Assembly (NCBI RefSeq): GCF_902652985.1
Contig: NC_047015.1
Coordinates: forward strand, 42,470,001 to 42,534,000
Direction: 5' to 3'
Length of the DNA stretch: 64,000 nt
Source of the DNA: Pecten maximus
Taxonomy: Eukaryota
Shown: piece by piece, positions 27,742-37,734 of the stretch
How positions within the stretch are numbered: position 1 is the first letter of the stretch
Layout: every line of letters begins with the position of its first letter
Position numbers and translations under genes: made by a program
The notes under the pieces: model-generated
The model's database searches: none
Seen by the model: only the letters and a program-made list of their open reading frames with translations
What the model was told of the DNA's origin: nothing

Positions 27742-29049
27742 TCAACCTATTTGACACATTATCCTTACGATATTGAAGATGGTCTCTGTAATTGTCAGTA
27801 AAGTAAATATAACCAACATTACGCAATCCAAGGATCTTCCGACCTCTGGCCACATGGGAGAATACTGTTTCCTTATTTCCTGTTCACTTCTATTGTCAAT
27901 TGATTCTAGGTTATTAGTATGCCCTGGCTCAAGATCAGTCACTTCCAGCTTATGTTCAGACGTAGAATCCCTAATTCTGATTTTCCTGTATAAACATAGA
28001 ATGCGTAATAGCCACAAAGGAATGGGTTTGACGTCACTGAGTCGGTTAATATATAACGTCATGATTACCGTGAAAACTATAAGACTGCTAGTGATGAGCT
28101 TGATCATCAAAGAAATTGTGAGAATGGACACAGGGTCACTGGTGTTTGGGATACTGTCCGACATTATTGTCATGTACACGGATAGGGTCAGTAGTATTGT
28201 TGTGGCGAACGACACTCTTTCCCCGGAGTCCGCAGGCAGAACAAATGCCAGCAGGTTAAGGAAATTCAACAGACATACCGGAAGAAGAAAATTGCACATC
28301 AAATATGTTGGACGTCGCTCTATCATTAATGCAACTTCAATGAATGTATTTGTGCTTTCAATGTTGTAAGTACGGATTTCTGAAGCACCGAGTTTCCACA
28401 ATAAGTTACTGTCTGCTCCAGGTAATATATATATGGTGATCAAATACAGACTGACCTCATTCATCGGTTCCTGTGTTGTAAATTGGAGAATACATTTGTG
28501 GGCATCATAAGGATAATAAGTGATATCTGGATCACAATTTGTGGTCATCACACCACTCATAAGAAACGAAGCCATCCCTGTATTGTCGTACAAAATGGAC
28601 AAATCTCCATTTTTTATTTTATTTATATAAATGTCGTCGGCACCGTTCGCAACTACAAACGTCGGCGCCCATACAACAGTTTCACGCATTCTCACCTTCT
28701 CGATGTCACCATAGTCTGAAGGAATCCACGTCATCATTTCGTCCCTCCATGTGACAAAGAGAGACCCCGTGGTCACCATCCTTCCATTTACAGCATCAAA
28801 ACCATTCAAAGACGTAAGGGTGTATATTACCTTGATCTCTAGTACATTGCTCTGGTTCTGCAACGGCCGTATATCTCGATTGTAATTCGCCAATAAATCA
28901 GAATGAAGTTTAGACATGTTTCCATAGGAATCAGCATACGAATACCGAGTTATAAAGCCTATCATGAGAATGACTTGTACTGTGAAACTAAGTCGGCAGA
29001 AATTACACTCGGAGTGATACCAACAGTGACAAACTCCCATTATGGTCAT
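27742..29049 (-). CDS. Single-exon Cys-loop ligand-gated ion channel subunit, nAChR-like non-alpha type (array gene 4, intact, 435 aa)
   Basis: Cys-loop CDPDITYYPYDAHKC; VWAP; ERRP; M2 SGERVSFATTILLTLSVYM; four TM helices; no loop C CC. The start may be the second ATG (29040). Confidence 0.95.
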   Translation of the reverse strand: MTIMGVCHCWYHSECNFCRLSFTVQVILMIGFITRYSYADSYGNMSKLHSDLLANYNRDIRPLQNQSNVLEIKVIYTLTSLNGFDAVNGRMVTTGSLFVTWRDEMMTWIPSDYGDIEKVRMRETVVWAPTFVVANGADDIYINKIKNGDLSILYDNTGMASFLMSGVMTTNCDPDITYYPYDAHKCILQFTTQEPMNEVSLYLITIYILPGADSNLLWKLGASEIRTYNIESTNTFIEVALMIERRPTYLMCNFLLPVCLLNFLNLLAFVLPADSGERVSFATTILLTLSVYMTIMSDSIPNTSDPVSILTISLMIKLITSSLIVFTVIMTLYINRLSDVKPIPLWLLRILCLYRKIRIRDSTSEHKLEVTDLEPGHTNNLESIDNRSEQEIRKQYSPMWPEVGRSLDCVMLVIFTLLTITETIFNIVRIMCQIG

Positions 29050-30567
29050 AACTATCTCGCACTTTTACGTCGATTATTGTACGACATTCATCCAACTTCT
29101 TGATTAAACATAACGCTATCACCACTTTGTGTGTTGAACACAATATTTACACTGTCGCAATGACAGCTAATGCACAGGATGATTTCATGTATGGTCCCCT
29201 TCGGGTGGAATACGTATCCTCTTGATATACTCGGATTGGACAGACAGGCATTATACAAACAACCCTTTACGTCAATATTGCATGAAATCGATAATCATAA
29301 TATGTTGTAGAATCTAGTGTTATTTGTAGCAACCTCAAAGACAACCCAGGGGCCTGGGCTATGGCCTACTTCAGAAGTGTACCTTACCTTAAGGTACACT
29401 TTATAAAAACTATCAAAGCAATGCTGTCAAATGATCTTATATCCTCAGGAGTAGAAATTGCTGCAAATTATGAGCTCAAAGATGTAGGTAAATCAATCAA
29501 TATGTACCATAATCTCAAAAACATGTTAAAATTTGAGGCACTTTCTTTTAGCTATGTCAATAGTTTACGAAAGTGATATAAACGTACCTACATGTAATTT
29601 TGGTTCTTGTACACCGAAACTATTCAGTAGAACAATTGTTTGTGAAATTTTGTGTTGAGTAATGATTGTCAAAATAAATAGATAAATAAAACACAAAAAA
29701 ACCAAGTTGCAGGATGTATGAAGGTCTATTTTTAGAAAAACCCAACAATTATAGGACTATGGTCGTTTTTGATAAATAAATACCAAGACCAAAGTAATTA
29801 ATTTTCAAATCTGTTACATAGTCATCAGTTAGGTCCGATGTTTTTCTTTTTTAAATTAATGAAAAAATTAACACTCCAGTTGTCACACGAGCCATATTCT
29901 TAAACCCTTCATTTGGGTGTGTTTTGTTGTGTTTCTGTTTGTTTGACCGGAATAGCCGAGCGGAAAGCCGGATGGAAGGGCAGGTCGAATGCTATTTTAG
30001 CTGAACGACCGGTCGTACCGAACGGAGCAGACAGTAACTTTCGGGAAACAACCAACCAATTGAAAAAATAGACTTTTGAAACATCCCTTTTGTATGGAAA
30101 GTTGAGCCAGGGATACAATGTCTGGCAGCCACTGATTGGCCAGTATGTAATGAAGTTACAAAATAGATATGTAGCCTGATAGGTAACTAACCATAAGAAA
30201 TATTGATGTAAAGTCCGATTGATTTGTGTTTCAAAAGTTCATGTCATAATTATTAACAGGTAAACATTTCAGATTTTTGATAATTTTAACTGCGAAATTC
30301 ACTCATTTTCAAAATGGCTACACTGGAAAAAAAATTGAACTGAAGGACCCAACTTTTTTTTGATTAAGTGTTATATGAGACCCTAAACCTTTGTTATAAA
30401 CCATAATTGCCATATGGAATTCAAGAATTTTAATGATATACTCCAAAACGTTAACACTAAAGTCTATGGAAAAAAAAAAGGTTGGTTGTGCCCTAAAGGC
30501 CGGCCGGAGCCGGACGATGACCAAACAGAACCCGACGCTGGCCGGACGCTGGCCGAACGGTTCGTAA

Positions 30568-30670
30568 GTGGATACTTCCTCTTGTAATACACTCAGATTG
30601 GACAGGTATGCATTATCTCAACAATCTAACAATTAATATTGTATGAAATCGATAATCACACACGTTGTCA
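30568..30670 (-). repeat. Orphan duplicate of the gene 4 upstream region (29204-29310)
   Basis: gtgga..tac..tcctcttg..ata.actc.gattggacag....gcattat...aacaa......aatattg.atgaaatcgataatca is shared between the two sites. Confidence 0.8.
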
Positions 30671-31868
30671 TTATTTGTTATATTATGGGAGTTGCTGGAG
30701 AAGATCAAAGCTCGGATTGTGATGATTTATCTGGATATTGATAGAACTGCATACAAAATTTAAAACATAAGTCTGATACACTAAAATAATAATTAATATT
30801 AAATTAAAAGCAAATTCAATGAGTCTCTTTGGGTCTCAACACATAAACAAAATATTGGTAATATGGGAATTCTGCATTTTGCTAACACTCACATCATTGC
30901 TTTATCGTATTGATCCGATATTTATTTTAACCTGAACTATGCACTGATGTACCGAAGTAGACTAAACCAATGAATAAATCGAAGAAAAAATCATTTTAAT
31001 CCTCATGAATATGAAAATTGTTTTCAGCAGATTATATTCAACCACCTTATCAACGAAAGGTGGTGAACAAATGTAACGTCTTTTGGTTTGGTTTTATATT
31101 GTTTAACGTCCTGCCAACAACTTGGGTCATTTAAGGACTGATACCTTTTCGGAATCTTAGAGGATATAATTCCATATAGTGCTTCAACTTAATGATTCAT
31201 CGAGACAGTAACTTTAACCGTAAGCACCTGAAGCTACTGTCACAATGATAAAGTCACTATAAAACCCAGATGGGATTTGTACTTATAAGGTTTCGATGAC
31301 CTGATCAGTATTGACATTCAAGTGGCGTTTCGAACTAAACCAAGGTTACAAACATAACAAACAAAGATGGCATAATGTTTACACAACATTTTAATATGTG
31401 TACGTACTTATTCTGTCGTGAAATTTAAACATAAACCGATCATCTCTGAGTTAACATTGAAATCATGTACAGTCGTTACATATTTATAGTAAAATAGGAC
31501 CTACTTAGATCATATACCCGTATGCATATTTATTGGAATAATCTTAGTGAATTTCGGACATTAGAAACTCATTTCTCTGATCTCATGAAATTCTTTATAA
31601 ACAAATGTACTGTATATATTTAGTACTAGTAACATAACTTACATCTTATTCTGAGAGACCGAATGGTCAAATATATCGGTGATAACGTAAATTGGTCTCA
31701 CCAATGATTAAAATGACGTCAAATTCAATGATATTTTCAACTGAACAAATACGTGTATAATATTGATATCAGAAGCTTTCACAGAATGTTTACAGCGTAC
31801 ATATAGTGTTTATCAACGTTTACAATATATATCTATATATACAAGGGCCTGCAATAGCTCAGACCCTG

Positions 31869-31900
<32 letters not shown>

Positions 31901-32229
31901 AACAACAACAACAAGCAAACAAAAACAACAACAACAAAACTAAAACAAATATACACAACAGCATATTATTACATTCAAGACAAAACGTAATAGCAATTGT
32001 AGGCCTAGACATTATACATAACATAATATCCTAACTAATGGATGTTTGGACACTGTTAATTATCTTGTATCATATATAATTGGTACACTGGACACAAACG
32101 GGTAGTATTAACACTACAGCGTCACGTTTTAGGGGAGATCAATTCATTTACTACACCAGGCAACGGCACCTCTAAACATAGAAAAAAACCCGCATTGTCA
32201 ATCCAATCATACGTTCCAAAATTATCATA

Positions 32230-33530
32230 TCAACCTATTTGACACGTTATCCTAACCATATTGAAGATGGTCTCCGTAACCGTCATTAAGGAAAATATAC
32301 CCAACATCATGTAATCCAGAGACCTTCCTATCTGTGGCCATGTTGCAGCATGCTGTTTTCCTGCATCGTGGTCAATGTCATCGTTACTTGTCGCGGTTTC
32401 TTTAGGATGTTCAAATTCAATATCTGATACTTCAAACACGTTGTCTGCTTTCGAGTCTTTAAGTGTGATTTTTCTGTAGAAACAGAGCATGCGCAACAGC
32501 CAAAGAGGAATTGGCCTGATGTCGCTGAGTCGGTATATATTTAAAGTCACGATTACTGTGAAAACTATAAGACTGCTAGTGATAAGCTTGATCATCAGTG
32601 AAATCTTAAGGATGGACACAGGGTCACTGGTGTTTGGGAATACTGTCCGACATTATTGTCATGTACACGGATAGGGTCAGTGGTATTGTTGTGGCGAACG
32701 ACACTCTCTCCCCGGAGTCCACAGGCAGAACAAATGCCAGCAGGTTGATGAAATTCAACAGACATACCGGAAGAATAATATTATACATCAAGTGTGTTGG
32801 TCTTCGCTCAACAGTTAAGGTAACTGCAATAAATGTATTTGTATTATGAACGGTGTATGTCTGGATTTCTGAATTGCCGAGTTTCCACAATAAATTACTG
32901 TCTGCTCCAGGTAATATGTAAATATTGGTTAGATAAAGTCTGACCTCATTCATCGGTTCCTGCGTTGTAAATTGGAGAATGCATTTGTGTACGTCGTAAG
33001 GATAATAGGTGATGTCTGGATCACAAGTTGTGGTCATCACACCACTCATAAGATACGAAGCTATTCCCGTGCTGTTGTACAAAATGGACGAATCTTCATG
33101 TTTTATTCCATTTATATAAATATCCTCGGCACCGTTTGCTACTACAAAAGTCGGCGCCCATACAACAGTTTCACGCATTCTCACCCGTTCGATGCCACCA
33201 TAGTCTGATGGAATCCACGTCATCATTACGTCCCTCCATGTGACAAAGAGAGACCCCGTGGTCACCATCCTTCCATTTACAGCGTCAAAGTCGATAAAAG
33301 ACTTGAGCGTATACAGTACATTGACGTCAAGTGTATGACTCTGGTTCTGTAACGGACGTACATCTCTGTTGTAGTTCACCATTAAATCCGAATGAAGTTT
33401 AGACATGTTCCCATAGGACTCACCATTGGAATGCTGTACTAAAATACCAATAACTAGGAAGATTCGTATCGCTATATCAATTCGAAAAGGAGTACATCCG
33501 GAGGGATACCTGTTGCGACAACGTTTCCAT
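32230..33530 (-). pseudogene. Single-exon Cys-loop subunit (array gene 5, close paralog of gene 4) with two 1-nt insertions
   Basis: Colinear with gene 4. One extra base just after ATG 33530 (run 33524-33526) and one at ~32640 in the M2-M3 loop; also an L8'P change in M2 (TTIPLTL). Confidence 0.9.
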
Positions 33531-34899
33531 TCTGATCACCTCTATCTCGCATTCGCATGTCGATTAGTTTATTACATTCATCCAATTCTTGTCTATACAT
33601 TAATTAGAAAATGCTACAACCATTTGTTCATTTGAGCATGATATTTGCACAGTGGCATAAACATCTAATACGCGGGATTCTTTGATGGTGAGATTCCCTG
33701 GAGAAATACCCATTCTCATGACAGACAGGCGTTATCTAAACAAGTTTATAGATTTATAGTACATCAAATCAATCAACACAATGCACAACATCAATATGGA
33801 CATACCATGTAGCTTGAAGAATATGGCAGATCTGATTTTGACAACATACCCATAAGATGATGATATACATATAGATGTACAAAAGCACCTTAAATTATTG
33901 CAGTTTGAATCTTAAAGAGAAAAAGGATTAACTAAATGTTAAAACAGTGTCACTAATATATGACTAACGGTTATATATCACATGGACTACTACAGAACCA
34001 AAGAAAAAATCTTAGAAAGAATGTTTAAGCCCCACAATCTCCCCATGGTCTGAACTTAGAATCAAACAAATCCTACACACCAGAATTGGCTCGATTTTAT
34101 TATTATATTGATCATTTATGATTTTAAGATTGCTGATATAGGGGGTTGGGTTGGGGTTGGGGGCAGACGTTATACGCTCAATTAATGTTCTTCTTTATTA
34201 CATTTATTATTGTGTATTCAAATTTTGACAAAACTTTAGTTAATGTTTCAGTGATTAATCACGCGCATTTAACTATTTAACACTTTATATGTACAATGTA
34301 TACGTGTCAATGTACTTACATGCTTATAAACATAAAACTTTATCAAGCTAAACTTCATAATTCCTAATGGATTGATCATCAGTTAATTTAATATGGATTT
34401 ATCATCATTTAATTTAATTCAAACCTGCTCAGTTACGTCAACAATTCAATCGTTAAGTGCAATTAACATCTAAAATTAGAAAATGAACTAACCTTGCGCG
34501 CGCGCCGAGCTACATCCCTGATGACTAGCAGATGAACATGAGTTTGTTTATCAAATGATGATTCAATAGTTTAATAGTGTATCTTTAAGTTTTCGATCTG
34601 AAGCCTTATGGCTCATTATTATGTAGATAGAAACATCAATTTCAGCAACATATTTACAATATGTAAATTAGGAGATTGGTAAAACTGTAACTGATGAAAG
34701 GAATATATAGAAACATTCAACAGCATATATACAATTTACAAGAGAAGTTAGTGGATAGACAAAGCAATATATATAACTGGAGATGAATACATAGAAATAT
34801 TATTTTCAACAGTAAATAAACAATTTTAAAGAATAGGGAGGGGCTGGACAAAACAATAGGTATAATTGGAAATAAAGACATACAAATATGATATTGATA

Positions 34900-36060
34900 T
34901 ATACTAAAGGTTGGAATCTCAAACGTATTAAACAGCTTAATTGCGAATACTTTCCAAGATTACATAGCTCTTTTTAATACGAGCAGATAGCAGATGGATA
35001 TTTTTAAATGAAGAAGGGCGGTTACAGCAATGTTTAATGAGCCTTTCACGAATATCAACATAAAGAGGCCAAATAAGAGCAAAATAGAACTCGTCCTCTA
35101 CATGGTATTGGTTACAATAGCGACATAACCTATTCGCCCTTGTGATATTGCGATACCGGCCATCTTCTATATAAACTTAATGCGATTAAAGTCGTAGATT
35201 CGAAATAAGTCTATGTAAAGTTGTCAACAATGAATATATATAAGTAATATATACATGACATTTCAATAAATTCATTTCTTGCTTGAATAAAAACATCGAT
35301 CAAACTCTGCGCAAATCAATGTAAAAATACTCTTCCGTTATCAACCAGACATAACCCAAACCAAAAGACAACAAAAACTTTTAACTTGACAACGCCAATT
35401 ACAATTTCTATGCTTACCATTCCACATGTCTCTATACACTGACTTTAGAACAATATTGTCGCATTTAATCAATTTTAATCAAAATTTGGTTATCCGACAT
35501 TTACTAATGATATGTAATGGCAAAAGACTTCATTCCGAATAAATCATAAAATATGGTGTGCTGGTTTTAACATTTAAAAAAATCCTTCTCAAAAGTCAAC
35601 ATGAACCTTTTCTAATTTGTCTAAACCCCATGTTTCGCAACCGTTATCAAGAATAGAGGAGATGTAAACATAAAAAACCATTCAGTTTAGATTATACGTT
35701 AAGAAATTGTCAACACATTATACATGCATTTACGGCCTTGTTTAGCAATATCAACTTGAGTTTTTGTGAACTAGTTAAACACCACATCTAAGTAGTTGAA
35801 TCGATCAACAATCACTATTTCGTTGCCATGGAAGTAAAATCTTTCAATAGCTCGCAATCTTCCGATTTTACGAAATACAGCTTCTTTTCAGCATCGACTG
35901 TCAATCGCCAACTGCCGCTATATTGTTTTAAGGAATAAAACATTTTCTGTAAGCTAGAGGCAGATTCTAAGAAAATGACAGTGTCATCTGCGTACACAAG
36001 AAGAAACAGGGAAACATCTCTTAAGAATAAAGTGTCACAGGAGGAATTGATTACCTTCAG
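34900..36060 (-). mobile_element. Decayed 5'-truncated LINE (RT C-terminal half)
   Basis: LFLLVYADDTVIF RT motif near 36000. C-terminal IEDGRYRNITRANRLCRYCNQYHVEDEFYF zinc-knuckle-like segment at ~35040-35170. Many stops and frameshifts. Confidence 0.85.
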
Positions 36061-36489
36061 TTCATTATCAAAGCTGATAATTTTCCCTGTTAATTCATGA
36101 TAGATAATGTTGTGATTCTATCCACTCCTTTTGTTTTCCTTCGCCTTTGGGATTCAGATGCATGGCTTTGATCGCCAGTCCTGCATCCCCCAAAACAAAA
36201 CAGTTTGAGCATGCGTGTAGAACTCATTTTCCATGGTTTATTAAACAGAGAGCGGAGCACCGCGTCAGAGATTCCCCGTAATCAGTAGATAGTGTCCCCG
36301 GTTTGTTGATTGTAGTTATGAAAACTATGGTATTGATTCTCATATTATCATCAATAAGGTTTATGATCTATCTAACATATTTTGTTATTTAACCTTATTT
36401 TTTGAAGTTACGAAAACATATACGGCCTAGTCATTACTATCCTTTATTTACTGTAGATATTCAGTAAACGCAACATAACCTTTTCCTAA

Positions 36490-37734
36490 CTAACCTATGC
36501 GGTACAAAATACGAACCAAATTATATATGGTTTCTACAAGGGTAATACCTGTAAATACTATAAAGAATATAGTGTCCAAACTTCGCCCGATAGAGCGCCA
36601 CGTGATAGAAGATGTGTCGGTTGTCTTTGTTAGGATTGATTTGTCCAAATCTTCCTTTTCTATCACATCTTCGGCCGGACGATCTTCACAGTGGCTTCGG
36701 TCTTCTTTGTTACCAACTCTATTCCTGAATCTTGCGATACGCAACAACCACTTTGGAATAGCTTTGCGTTCATCAGTATGGTTCAATTTCACACTTAAAA
36801 CCACTGCCAGCACTATCATACCACTGTACACAAGTTTGATCAGCAATGAAATCGTGAGAATGGACACCGGGTCACTGGTGTTTGGGATACTGTCCGACAT
36901 TATAGTCATGTACACGGACAGGGTCAGTAACATCGTGATAGCAAACGATACTCTTTCTCCTGAGTCAGTCGGCAGAACAAAAGCTAGAAGGTTTGAAAAA
37001 CTCAATAAACAGATGGGGGTAAGAATATTTAAAATGAGGTAGCTAGGGCGCCGTTCAATGGTTACAGATATTTCGATATATGATACGCCTATTTCTGTAA
37101 AGTTCCTGTATTTAAAATCGATAATGTTCCATAGTAAATTCAGCTGCGCTGCAGGGTACACCTCTTTGGGATTGATTACGAATTCCACCTCGCGGATCGG
37201 TTCTTCTGTTGTCAATGTTATCAAACAGACGTGGACATCATATGGGTAGTACGTGATATCCGGGTCACAAGTTGTCGTCATGACAACCTTGATAAAGTAC
37301 TTAGCCATCCCGTCAGCAGTGAACGCAATCGAGGTATCCCCAAACCTTGAAGTTCTCGTGTTAATATCGTCTGCACCATTAGCCACAAATACCACCGGGG
37401 CCCACACGTCCGACTCTGGAAATGTCACTTTCTCTATATTTGCGTGGCGCACCGGTTTCCATTTCATTTTCTCATCCTTCCATGTCAGGTCAAGTAACCC
37501 CATCGTTGTCATTCTCCCATTGACTACGTCAAAATTGTTAAGTGATTTCAATGTGTATCGTACATTAACTAATAACTTTTTTTCCTGGTTTTCAAGAGGA
37601 CGAACTTTCCTAGAATAACCTGCCAAAAGGTCGGACTTGAGGTTAACCATATCTCCATATTTGGCAGCGGAGACACTTGTGAAGAGCATCGACCATACCT
37701 GTATCAGTAGGATTTTCTTACGAGTATAATCCAT
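36490..37734 (-). CDS. Single-exon Cys-loop ligand-gated ion channel subunit, nAChR-like non-alpha type (array gene 6, intact, 414 aa)
   Basis: Signal peptide; Cys-loop CDPDITYYPYDVHVC; ERRP; M2 SGERVSFAITMLLTLSVYM; four TM helices; no loop C CC. Confidence 0.95.
   Translation of the reverse strand: MDYTRKKILLIQVWSMLFTSVSAAKYGDMVNLKSDLLAGYSRKVRPLENQEKKLLVNVRYTLKSLNNFDVVNGRMTTMGLLDLTWKDEKMKWKPVRHANIEKVTFPESDVWAPVVFVANGADDINTRTSRFGDTSIAFTADGMAKYFIKVVMTTTCDPDITYYPYDVHVCLITLTTEEPIREVEFVINPKEVYPAAQLNLLWNIIDFKYRNFTEIGVSYIEISVTIERRPSYLILNILTPICLLSFSNLLAFVLPTDSGERVSFAITMLLTLSVYMTIMSDSIPNTSDPVSILTISLLIKLVYSGMIVLAVVLSVKLNHTDERKAIPKWLLRIARFRNRVGNKEDRSHCEDRPAEDVIEKEDLDKSILTKTTDTSSITWRSIGRSLDTIFFIVFTGITLVETIYNLVRILYRIG

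Noticed and set aside
9376-37042. Similar plus-strand ORFs (…DTGSLVFGILSDIIVMY…) antisense to every receptor, looking like a second gene family
   Set aside because: They are the reverse-complement shadow of conserved TM-coding codons. Starts and lengths are inconsistent and there is no independent signal.
9093-37734. Assigning CHRNA/CHRNB or CRT/CRB gene symbols
   Set aside because: No vicinal cysteines, so these are not alpha subunits, and orthology to vertebrate or cephalopod genes cannot be established without a phylogeny.
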